Assembly (NCBI GenBank): GCA_035319705.1
Contig: DATHCF010000409.1
Location: 1 to 47,137 of the forward strand
From: Acidimicrobiales bacterium
GTDB taxonomy: Bacteria; Actinomycetota; Acidimicrobiia; Acidimicrobiales; UBA8190
Reading direction: 5' to 3'
Length of the DNA stretch: 47,137 nucleotides
Part shown: in pieces, positions 26,503-35,248 of the stretch
Layout: each line of letters opens with the position of its first letter
Position numbering within the stretch: the stretch's first letter is position 1
Made by a program: the position numbers and the translations under genes
The notes under the pieces: generated by a model
Seen by the model: the letters and a program-made list of their open reading frames with translations, nothing else
Database searches by the model: none
What the model was told of the DNA's origin: nothing

Positions 26503-28965
26503 ATGAGCGCAACGACGCGGGTGCACAGGAGCGTCAGACGGATGGCCCCGTGGTCCATCCTGGTTGTTGGCACCTGCATGGCTGCGACCGCCGGGTGGAT
26601 CTGGCAGGCGGCCGTCCAGACTCAGCAGCGCGGGTCCTTTGAGACCATCTCGTCCAACATCGGCGCACGGATTGCAGCGACATTGCGACAGAACATGGAC
26701 CTCGTCACGACTGCCCAGGGACTAATCGCCATTGATCCCAGCATGAACGATTCCCAGTTCGTGCAGCTCATGGAAGCCATCGGCGCCTCGACGCGCTACA
26801 AAGAGTCCGTCGACGTCGGCTACATCGAGCGGGTACCGGAGAGCGGGCTCGGCGCCTTTTGGGCGTCCATGGGATCTCCCGTCGCCGGCACCATTGGGGG
26901 TGCTCAAGTGTCTCCTCCGGGGATCCGAGCGCAGTACTGTCTGGACCGCGCCGGATTCATCCAGGGATTCGCAGGGGGAGTCAGCTCCCTCGGGGCGCTT
27001 ATTCCGGCTGGAGCCGACTTTTGTGCGGCGTCAGCAGCCGACAAGCTCTTCCAGGCGGCGGCCAACGAGGACGAGCTTCTCGTGACGTCGGTCGCCGGGG
27101 GCCTCGCGACGGCCGACGTCTCGATGGAGACTTCCAATCTCTCGAAGTTGCCACCGGACGCGCTGCCGGCCCTCATGGCACTGCTTCGCGACGACGTCGT
27201 CATCGCCCCGGTCTATCGCGTGGGCACGGCTCTCACCACGGTGGCCGACCGCCAGGCCGCCCTGGTCGGATGGGCGACGGACGTGCTCGACGTCCCGGGC
27301 ATCGTGTCTGAGGGACTGAGAACCAGCGGGTTCGAGCTCCGCCTGACCCACACCAACCCGGGTCGGCCACCGCTTTCACTGTTCCACACTGCCATGAGAA
27401 GCACCGGTGACTTCACCCGGACGATGCGTATCGCCATCGACGGCCAATGGGCGATCACCTTGATCGGTTCCCCGCCGTCGGGGGCCATTTCTTCGTTCAG
27501 CCAGGGGGTGCTCTTGGGCAGCGGTCTTCTCGTCGTCGCCGTGTCGCTCTTCGCCCTGGTTTGGGTGCTAGGCAGGTCGCGCGAACGAGCTCTGGGCCTT
27601 GTCGACCAGAAAACTGCCGAGCTCGTTCATCAGGCTCTCCACGACGGGCTCACCGGCCTTCCTAACCGTGTACTTATCGTCGACCGCGCCGAGCAGATGC
27701 TCGCCCGCGCCGCCCGCCAGCATCTGCAGGTCGGCGCCTTGTTCCTCGACTTGGACAACTTCAAGGCTATCAACGACGGTCTGGGGCACGCGGCTGGCGA
27801 CCGCATACTGCAGCTGGTAGCGACACGTCTAAACTCCGCGCTGCGGGCGAGCGACACCATTGGGCGCCTGGGCGGAGACGAGTTCGTGATCCTCGTCGAA
27901 GGTGCGCTCGACATGGGACCCGAGTTGGTTGCCACTCGCTTGACGGAGGTCCTCCGGCAACCCTTCCTCCTAGACGAGGCGAGCGTCCCGCTCAACGTCA
28001 GCGCCAGCATCGGCATCGCCGTGGGGGCTAGGGAAACGGCCGAGCGGCTGCTGCGGGACGCCGACGTCGCGCTCTACGAGGCCAAGGCAGCCGGCAAGAA
28101 CTGCTACCGGATCTTCCGGACGGAGATGCAGCACGCCGTCTCAGACCGTCTCGAGCTCGAGATGGACCTGCATCTGGCCCTGAACAACGAGGAGTTCTTC
28201 GTCGTTTACCAGCCGATCTTCGATCTCCGTAGCGAGGACGTCACCGCCGTGGAGGCCCTTCTGCGCTGGAGGCACCCGACGCGCGGCATTGTGGCGCCCA
28301 CCACGTTCATCCCCATCGCCGAGGAAACAGGTCTCATTGTCCCCATCGGACGCTGGGTCTTGAACCAGGTTTGTCTCCAGGGCGAGACGTGGCGAGGGCG
28401 GGGTTCCACTGTGGCCGTGTCGGTGAACGTTTCGGGACGCCAGCTGGAGACAGACGAGTTCGCAACCCACGTGCAGGAGGCATTGGACAACAGCGGACTC
28501 GATCCAGGGCTGCTCACCCTTGAGATCACTGAGTCCACGCTGATGCGCGACACTGGGGCAACGATCCGGCGATTGCGCCATCTCAAAGATCTAGGGGTGC
28601 GCCTTGCCATCGATGACTTCGGGACCGGCTACAGCTCCCTGGCCTATCTACGGGAGTTCCCCGTGGATGCGCTCAAGATCGACCGATCCTTCATCGCCGG
28701 CATCGCCGAGTCGACTGAGTCCGGTGCCCTTATCCATACCCTCATCCAACTGGGCAAAACCCTCGGTCTCGAAACCCTTGCCGAAGGAATCGAGGAGCGT
28801 GCGCAGCTGGTGCGCCTCCAGCGCGAGCGCTGCGACACGGGACAGGGTTTCCTCTTGGCGCGCCCTCTCGAGGTGGACGAGATGGAGGAGTTCCTCGGTG
28901 TCCGGGGCACCGCTGCGACTTCGGGGTTCGCCTCACACGGTTGGCGGCTACCCGCTCGCGGGTAG
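26503..28965 (+). CDS. membrane sensor diguanylate cyclase/phosphodiesterase (CHASE-like, TM, GGDEF, EAL)
   Basis: TM1 WSILVVGTCMAATAGWIW, an extracytoplasmic domain of about 330 aa, TM2 LLGSGLLVVAVSLFALVWVL, GGDEF (RLGGDEFVIL), EAL (VEALLRW, DDFGTGYSSL). The start is taken at MSATT (26503). Confidence 0.9.
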   Translation: MSATTRVHRSVRRMAPWSILVVGTCMAATAGWIWQAAVQTQQRGSFETISSNIGARIAATLRQNMDLVTTAQGLIAIDPSMNDSQFVQLMEAIGASTRYKESVDVGYIERVPESGLGAFWASMGSPVAGTIGGAQVSPPGIRAQYCLDRAGFIQGFAGGVSSLGALIPAGADFCAASAADKLFQAAANEDELLVTSVAGGLATADVSMETSNLSKLPPDALPALMALLRDDVVIAPVYRVGTALTTVADRQAALVGWATDVLDVPGIVSEGLRTSGFELRLTHTNPGRPPLSLFHTAMRSTGDFTRTMRIAIDGQWAITLIGSPPSGAISSFSQGVLLGSGLLVVAVSLFALVWVLGRSRERALGLVDQKTAELVHQALHDGLTGLPNRVLIVDRAEQMLARAARQHLQVGALFLDLDNFKAINDGLGHAAGDRILQLVATRLNSALRASDTIGRLGGDEFVILVEGALDMGPELVATRLTEVLRQPFLLDEASVPLNVSASIGIAVGARETAERLLRDADVALYEAKAAGKNCYRIFRTEMQHAVSDRLELEMDLHLALNNEEFFVVYQPIFDLRSEDVTAVEALLRWRHPTRGIVAPTTFIPIAEETGLIVPIGRWVLNQVCLQGETWRGRGSTVAVSVNVSGRQLETDEFATHVQEALDNSGLDPGLLTLEITESTLMRDTGATIRRLRHLKDLGVRLAIDDFGTGYSSLAYLREFPVDALKIDRSFIAGIAESTESGALIHTLIQLGKTLGLETLAEGIEERAQLVRLQRERCDTGQGFLLARPLEVDEMEEFLGVRGTAATSGFASHGWRLPARG

Positions 28966-29357
28966 TGCCGGTCCTTCTCAAGGTCGGGGCGGCGGCCAGC
29001 TCGTTGACTCCACTCCATAACTGACTACCGAGCTATGTCGACCGTCACGTAACGTAATTCCCCGGCGTTTTCCATCACGGAATTCCCCCCTCCGGCGTGC
29101 GTGTTTCACTCGATGGCACCTTCCTCCTGCCCTCGCCCACGCCGAGGAAGCTGCGTAGTTACGGTGGCGAAGGCCTTGGGCCTCGTCGCCACGCTCAGCC
29201 CCAACGAGGCGCCGAGGCAAACCGAGCCGAAGTGCGAGCTAGGGGCCTCGCGCGGCCCCTGGTTCGCGCCATGCCGTCTGTCGTATGTCCGTCGATACCG
29301 CGATTCCTAGCCCCGATGCGCCTCGCCGCCGCGTCTCGTCTGGGCTCGGTCTCGGTG

Positions 29358-29522
29358 CTAAGGGAGTGATCCGACGTAGCGGTACTTGACCGCCTTATGG
29401 CAATGCGGACACGGGGGGAACTCGTCGCCGATATGGGACATTTGGACTGACCACTGCGGCCCACAGGCGGAGATATAGGTTCCCACCCGCTTGCAGCGGT
29501 CGCCGGTCTTGGGCATGACCAT
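29358..29522 (-). CDS. 54-aa zinc-ribbon-like mini-protein (below the ORF-track cutoff)
   Basis: MVMPKTGDRCKRVGTYISACGPQWSVQMSHIGDEFPPCPHCHKAVKYRYVGSLP-TAG. Cys pairs C-x8-C and CPHC, and GGAG 6 nt upstream of the second ATG. Confidence 0.35.
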   Translation of the reverse strand: MVMPKTGDRCKRVGTYISACGPQWSVQMSHIGDEFPPCPHCHKAVKYRYVGSLP

Positions 29523-29618
29523 CTCCGTTCAGTCCAACGGGACGGCAAGCTACAGCCAGCGGTTTATTACCCGCTAGTCACCGGCTGCAAGTGCCTTCAA
29601 ACCGAAGGATTGTCTGCT

Positions 29619-29633
29619 CTCAGGTACCCTGAG
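29619..29633. promoter_or_regulatory. inverted repeat CTCAGG-TAC-CCTGAG upstream of amidohydrolase 4
   Basis: Perfect 6-3-6 palindrome about 70 nt before the ATG at 29703. Confidence 0.2.
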
Positions 29634-29702
29634 CTCCTTGGTGGCCACAGGCGTATGCTTTTGGGCGGCGTTTGCCATGGTGAGACCACGAGGTGACATG
29701 AC

Positions 29703-30923
29703 ATGAGCCTCCTAATCGACTCGGACACCCATCTCTTCGAGCCGTCGGACATGTGGCAGAACTACATCGACCCGAAAGACCGTGACGTCGCCCTGCACAT
29801 GGCGACAGATGACCTCGGGTACACATGGCTCATGTACGGTGACCGTCGCCTGAGCCTCGGTGGACCACATCGCCCAGGAGATGTCGACGGCATAGGTGTG
29901 TTTCGCCAGCGCCTTGTCGATGGCCTGCCCTCCAACTTCAACTTGTCGGAGTTCAACTGCTCGTATAGCAACCCAGTGGAGCGCCTGGCGCAGCTCGACA
30001 AGGCGGGATTCGACGCCTCGATCATGTTCCCCAACTACGGCATCAGTTGGGAGCGACCCCTCCAGAACGACCTGCGCGCCACACTGGCCAACATGGCGGC
30101 CTGGAACCGCTGGATCGTCGAGATTGCCGCCCAGGGTGAAGGTCGGCTCTTCCCGGTCGCCCACCTGAGCCTCCAGAACCTCGACTGGCTGGAGGTCCAG
30201 CTCGAAGGCCTGGCCGACGGGGGGATCCGGCTCGGGCTCATCGCACCTGCACTGGTCAATGGGAAACCGCTATCGCATCACGACCTCGACAGGGCGTGGG
30301 CGGCGTTTATCGACCACGACATTTCCCCCGTATTCCACGTCGCCAACCAGACTCGACCCTTCGATGACGCATGGTACGGAGAGGATCTGGAGGGCGGGAT
30401 CAACCCTATGAGCGTGGTCTTCATCTGGACAGCGGCAGCTCTCGCTCTAAGCGACCTGATCCTCAACGGCGTGTTAGAGCGCTTTCCCGATCTACGTATC
30501 GGCATCATGGAGCTGTCTGCCCCCTGGGTGTCGCTTCATCTGCGAATGATGGACGGTGGCTATCGCCACACTGGGCGGTTTAATGGGGAGTCCACTGGGC
30601 TCTCTCTTATGCCGAGTGAGTACTTCCGTCGGCAGGTCCGAGTGGCGGCGTTCTCCTACGAGCAGCCGCATTCACTCATCAAAGCTTCCGGCGACATCTT
30701 TATGGCGTGCAGCGATTATCCCCACACCGAAGGTACTTACTCTGCCATCCAGGACTACGAGGCGACGGGTCTGGCACCGTCGGAGGAATCTGCGGCCTTC
30801 TTCGGGGGAAACGCCGCATACTTGCTGAGGCTGCCCACCGGCTGGACGTTTCGGACGGCGAGCAGGCGCGAAGCTCCTCGCCGTCAGACCCTGAACGGCC
30901 CGATGAAACGCGAGGCTGTGTAA
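29703..30923 (+). CDS. amidohydrolase (Amidohydro_2 family), paralogue 4
   Basis: LIDSDTHLFEP, FHVANQ, MACSDYPHTEGTY. Confidence 0.9.
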   Translation: MSLLIDSDTHLFEPSDMWQNYIDPKDRDVALHMATDDLGYTWLMYGDRRLSLGGPHRPGDVDGIGVFRQRLVDGLPSNFNLSEFNCSYSNPVERLAQLDKAGFDASIMFPNYGISWERPLQNDLRATLANMAAWNRWIVEIAAQGEGRLFPVAHLSLQNLDWLEVQLEGLADGGIRLGLIAPALVNGKPLSHHDLDRAWAAFIDHDISPVFHVANQTRPFDDAWYGEDLEGGINPMSVVFIWTAAALALSDLILNGVLERFPDLRIGIMELSAPWVSLHLRMMDGGYRHTGRFNGESTGLSLMPSEYFRRQVRVAAFSYEQPHSLIKASGDIFMACSDYPHTEGTYSAIQDYEATGLAPSEESAAFFGGNAAYLLRLPTGWTFRTASRREAPRRQTLNGPMKREAV

Positions 30924-31133
30924 CAATCTGGACCGAGCGAGGAGTGATGCCGGTATCGCCCTCCCCGTCGGGCAGGAACCTCGCGATTCAGTTCGCCCCC
31001 CTCGCCGAAAGCTCGCTGCCGCCGCTGCTGACCGCCTCGTCAACTATCGCCAGCAGTTCCCCGACGTAGCCTCCGTCGCAAGGGCATACGGGAGTAAGCA
31101 TCTCGGACACCCTGGGACGAATGGCACTTTGGG

Positions 31134-31334
31134 ATGGTGCTTGCTCTACTAGGCGATGCCGAGGCCCGCCTGCACTTCACCTGCTTTGCCGCTATCGAAG
31201 ACGACAGGGACTGGGCCATGCGCAAGCGCCAAGAACCCCGCGACCTTGTTGAGGTGACCGACCCGAATGCTCTCAGGGCCGAGATTGAGGCCCGGATTGA
31301 GGCATGTCGGGCGTTACTCAGGCTTCCGGCCTGA
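31134..31334 (+). CDS. small hypothetical ORF, possibly a gene fragment
   Basis: 66-aa ORF (…ARLHFTCF…VEVTDPNALRAEIEARIEA). It faintly resembles the middle of VOC-like proteins, but this is unsupported. Confidence 0.2.
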   Translation: MVLALLGDAEARLHFTCFAAIEDDRDWAMRKRQEPRDLVEVTDPNALRAEIEARIEACRALLRLPA

Positions 31335-31785
31335 CCCGCACTGAAATCCCGGTGGTCGCCTGGCCTGGCCGGGGGCCGGTCAGGACCTCTGAGAGGCCGG
31401 ACCACCCCGGTAACCCGGCCAGGAGCGTTCTCGGGTGGGCGGTCGTCCGGCCAGGTCGACATGAAGCGGCACAACCCGGACGGTCGGCCTATTGGCCGTT
31501 CGCTCCCCGAGTAGAGCGGCGGGCAAGCATCCAGACCCCTACCGAGATGGAGATGACACCCAGTAGTCCGGCGACATAAGCGTAGGGGGTGAAGGCGAAA
31601 CCCACGACCAAAAGGAGGAACAGGACACCCAAGGCGATGAAGAAAACCCCCACGGCTTCCACGTTACGGCTCGGAATAGGAATCCGTCCAAGATCGTTTT
31701 TTTGACGTCGTTACCGCCTGGGTCGCCTCTGCTGCCCAACCGCCCGACTCCGGCACGTTGCGGGCGGGGGTGTCAGACTGACGAG

Positions 31786-32712
31786 ATGCCTATTGACCCA
31801 GCCGTTCAACAGGTCCTGGACGGTGTGGCGGCCATGCCCGGTCCGACCGCCCTGGAGGAGATGAGTCCTTCCGAAGTCCGGTCGATCATGGATGAGATGG
31901 CAGGGATCTTCCCCGGCCCAGAGGTTGATACCGAAGATCGCACTATCCCCGGCCCAAATGGCGACATTCCCGTGCGCATCTACCGTCCCGAGGGTGACGG
32001 TCCATTCCCGGTTGTGGTGTTCTTCCACGGAGGTGGCTTCGTCATCGGCAGTATCACCAGCCACGACGCCACGTGCCGGTCGCTGTGCCAGAAGGCGGGC
32101 GCGGTGGTCGTGTCAGTGGAGTACCGCCTGGCACCCGAGTACCCCTTCCCAGCCGCCCCGGAGGACTGCTACGCAGCGACAAGCTGGGTATCGGAACACG
32201 CTGTCGAGCTGGGCGTGAACTCGTCGCGCTTAGCGGTGGTCGGTGATAGCGCCGGTGCGAATCTGGCGGCTGTCGTCTGTCTTATGGCAAAGGAGCGGGG
32301 TGGTCCACCAATCGCCTTCCAAGCGTTGGTGTATCCGGTCACCGACCATGTGGACACCGAGTCGCGGACCGAGAATGCCGAGGGCTACCTCTTGACCACA
32401 GCGGCCATGGACTGGTTCATCGGCCACTACGCCGACGATGAGACCCGGAAGAACCCTTGGTGCGCCCCTCTCCGGGCCTTGGACCTGAGCGGACTACCGC
32501 CAGCGTTGGTGATCACGGCGGAGTTCGACCCGCTTCGTGACGAGGGTGAGGCTTACGGCCAGAGGCTCCAGGATGCGGGTGTCCCCGTCACCATCTCTCG
32601 CTATGACGGGATGGTCCACGGCTTCTTTTCGATGACTGCGCTCGTCCCGAGAGCGGTCGACGCCGAGGACGAGGTGGCGAAAGCGCTTCGGCTCAGACTT
32701 ACCGCCAGCTAA
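31786..32712 (+). CDS. alpha/beta hydrolase, hormone-sensitive-lipase (family IV) carboxylesterase
   Basis: Oxyanion HGGG (VVFFHGGGFVIGS), nucleophile GDSAG (VVGDSAGANLA), DPLRDEG, HGF. The start is taken at MPIDPAV (31786). Confidence 0.9.
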   Translation: MPIDPAVQQVLDGVAAMPGPTALEEMSPSEVRSIMDEMAGIFPGPEVDTEDRTIPGPNGDIPVRIYRPEGDGPFPVVVFFHGGGFVIGSITSHDATCRSLCQKAGAVVVSVEYRLAPEYPFPAAPEDCYAATSWVSEHAVELGVNSSRLAVVGDSAGANLAAVVCLMAKERGGPPIAFQALVYPVTDHVDTESRTENAEGYLLTTAAMDWFIGHYADDETRKNPWCAPLRALDLSGLPPALVITAEFDPLRDEGEAYGQRLQDAGVPVTISRYDGMVHGFFSMTALVPRAVDAEDEVAKALRLRLTAS

Positions 32713-32907
32713 CCGCCCTGAAATGCCGGAGTTCGGCCTGGACAGAGCCTCGAGCCAGGCCGGGACGGCTGGACCTGACCGAAGAACGCGGCCCGGAGCA
32801 TTACCACCTGAGGTCGGCTCCCAGACCGACCGAGGTCCAGGTAGCGCACGTCACATGTCGGACGGGGCCCGCCCGTTCAGCTGATGCAGAACTCGCTCGG
32901 CAGTGCC

Positions 32908-34158
32908 TCAGACTAGCTCCATCTGGACTGGCATAGACGAAGCTCCACGAAGAAGTAATCCTCCGGTTGGTACAGGTGGCGCTGTGATTTCGACGTCTGC
33001 GACTTGACGGGCAAGCGTCTCCAATGCGATGTGAGCCTCCAGGCGGGCGAGCGGCGCCCCGAGGCACAAGTGGATGCCACTTCCAAAGCCGAGATGGTCG
33101 GTCGGATTACGGTGGAGGTCGAAGTGATCTGGATCTTCGTAGTGGCGCTCGTCTCTGTTTGCCGCGCCCACATAGGCGAGCACGATTGTCCCCTCAGGGA
33201 GACGGGCGTTACCGAGCTGGGTCGAACACGTCGTTCCGCGTGGGACGGCCTGGACCGGGCTTTCGTATCGCAGGGCCTCCTCGACCGCGCCAGGTATGAG
33301 GGATGGCTCATCTCGCATGGTCCGCAGGGTCGCAGGGTCCTGAGCGAGAACCTTCATGACATTCGACAGCAGGTTGGTGGTTGTCTCGTTTCCCGCCACG
33401 AGAAGGAGCACGCAGAACATGACTAGCTCATCAGCGGTCAAAGGCTGCTCGTCGGCCTCGGTCTTGCCGATAAGCATACTGACGAGGTCCCCACGGGGCT
33501 GGGAACGGCGACGATCGATGATCTCGCCGAAAAAGCCGACCATCTCCAACATGCTGTCTGCTTTTTTGTCGCTCAGGTTTGGACCGCCTACAAAGATCCC
33601 GATAAGATCGTCAGACCAGCGCTTGAAGTCATCACGCATGGATGCAGGGATACCCATCAACTCGCCAATCACGAGCACCGGAAATGGCCAGGTGAAGTCT
33701 CGCACCCAGTCAGCAACGCCCTGCGAGTTGGCGGCTAGGAGAGTTGCAAAGCGTTCCTCGCACACCGTCCGCATCCAACCCTCGTGGAGTCCGATCGACC
33801 TGGGCGTGAAGGGACGACTGAGGAGGCGTCGCAAGCGAACGTGGTCCGGTGGGTCAATAGCGATGAGTATCCGTAAGTTGTCGGTGTCCGCCATGCCTAA
33901 TGGATTGCCACTCGAATCGTCATCAAGAGGTCGACGTCGCGATCCGCCGAAGGTGCCTCGCATCCCGAGCTTTGAGGAGAAAGTGTCAGGATCGCGGAGT
34001 ATCTCGGTACAGTGCTGGTAGCGGCTCACCACCCACAGGTCTGCGTCTTCGATGTAGTGAACCGGCGCCTCATCCCGAAGAGTACGGTACGTAGGATAAG
34101 GATCGAGGGCCTCGTAGATGGTGGAAGGATCGAAGGCGATGTCGGCAGTCGATCCCAC
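32908..34158 (-). CDS. cytochrome P450 (second copy)
   Basis: Heme loop FGSGIHLCLGAPLARLE, EEALRYESP, VAGNETT. Confidence 0.9.
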   Translation of the reverse strand: MGSTADIAFDPSTIYEALDPYPTYRTLRDEAPVHYIEDADLWVVSRYQHCTEILRDPDTFSSKLGMRGTFGGSRRRPLDDDSSGNPLGMADTDNLRILIAIDPPDHVRLRRLLSRPFTPRSIGLHEGWMRTVCEERFATLLAANSQGVADWVRDFTWPFPVLVIGELMGIPASMRDDFKRWSDDLIGIFVGGPNLSDKKADSMLEMVGFFGEIIDRRRSQPRGDLVSMLIGKTEADEQPLTADELVMFCVLLLVAGNETTTNLLSNVMKVLAQDPATLRTMRDEPSLIPGAVEEALRYESPVQAVPRGTTCSTQLGNARLPEGTIVLAYVGAANRDERHYEDPDHFDLHRNPTDHLGFGSGIHLCLGAPLARLEAHIALETLARQVADVEITAPPVPTGGLLLRGASSMPVQMELV

Positions 34159-34236
34159 GACCCCTTTCTAGTCCTCCAGGTCTTCTGCTTCCACTCGTTC
34201 TTCTGACCTCTCGTCGTAGCGCCAAGAGGAGGCCTG

Positions 34237-34896
34237 TCAGGCAAGTTGCCAGAAGACTCCAACGAGTCCCAGCCGGTCAAGGATCGCTTGGTTCTGTTCT
34301 CGACTGTGGGGTTGCCATTCCGGATCGAGCCGATCGTGCCACCAGACCTCGGCCAGCTCAGCCAGCTTGGACACCGTCGTCGTCTCACCGCGTTGGCGAC
34401 TGCCGTGCCAACCGTCGACATGGGCCTCAGATCGAAAGAGGTTCATGGTCGTACAGGTGTAGACGATGTCATCCCACCACCGGCTGGCTGGGACAAGACA
34501 GTGGAAGAGCAAGGTCTTATCGTCCGGTGCGTGGTTTCTCACCCTGACGCTGATGGGGTGTCCGCAGTCGGGACAGGACGACTCGATGCGACCGTCGGTC
34601 TTCAACGCGGCACAGATCCCGAAGGCGTCCCATGCACAGTTGGCGTACCACCACCTCTCTTGCGCTTGGACACGGTAGGCAGAGGGGATCGCCGAGAACG
34701 GATTGGCCATCCTGATTTCATCTGTAGCCCGATTGAGCACGAGGGCATGAGCTTCGTGAAGTCGATGCCAACTCTGAATGACCTCGCCACTGCTCAGGTG
34801 AGAGTCCCGCGCTACGTCATCAGCGGTTGGGGCGTGCCCCGATTCGACGAATAGGCGGTACGTCGCGTTTCAGACTTCGAGGTCTATCTCATCCAT
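34237..34896 (-). pseudogene. alkylmercury-lyase (MerB)-like family protein with an in-frame TGA at codon 9
   Basis: MDEIDLEV-TGA-NATYRLFVESGHAPTADDVARDSHLSSGEVIQSWHRLHEAHALVLNRATDEIRMANPFSAIPSAYRV... is a single frame. The first usable start after the stop is the GTG at 34740, which is inside the N-terminal HTH region. Confidence 0.7.
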
Positions 34897-35248
34897 TGGC
34901 AAAGCATTCTTCACCAGGCTCGGGCGTGCTCGGCAGACGATCCTCGGGCTAGCTCACGGACGGTGACTCCGTCCGGGATTACTCAAGGGGGTCGTCAATA
35001 CCGCCTGGGTGGATGAAAGTGGCCGCCCGCCCGAGTGCGGCACCTACGGGGCGGGGTTCCCTCCCGCTCCATACGTTCGCGCTGGCAGGTGTCGCCTGAG
35101 GCGAGGCCCCGTCGTACTGAAGACGCCTGGCTGCCGGTCCTTGACAATGTTCAGCTCAAACGCTCAATTTGTGCTAGTCCTAAGCCTAGGTAGTCTCAGA
35201 GCCAGCGTCCGAAGCGGCGCTCCGCGGGTCGGACGGGGAGGGGGAAAC

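Noticed and set aside
29056-29097. AATTCCCC(N)GGCG direct repeats and an ACGTAACGT duplication downstream of the GGDEF-EAL gene
   Set aside because: They are short and imperfect and lie in a 3' intergenic region with no adjacent promoter or gene start. I noted them under the mini-ORF finding but did not treat them as a separate element.
31489-31662. Possible 57-aa two-TM membrane peptide on the minus strand (VEAVGVFFIALGVLFLLLVVGFAFTPYAYVAGLLGVISISVGVWMLARRSTRGANGQ)
   Set aside because: The hydrophobic pattern is attractive, but only a GTG start is available, there is no Shine-Dalgarno sequence, and I have no conservation evidence. It is left as a note rather than a feature.
34870-34872. The in-frame TGA of the MerB-like gene read as selenocysteine or a recoded codon (likewise the TAG in the GNAT as pyrrolysine)
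   Set aside because: TGA and TAG serve as ordinary stops for many confident genes here (for example TGATG at 4786-4790 and GTGA at 39067-39070). No SECIS-like hairpin follows, and homologues, as I recall them, have Arg at the site. A nonsense mutation is the simpler reading.
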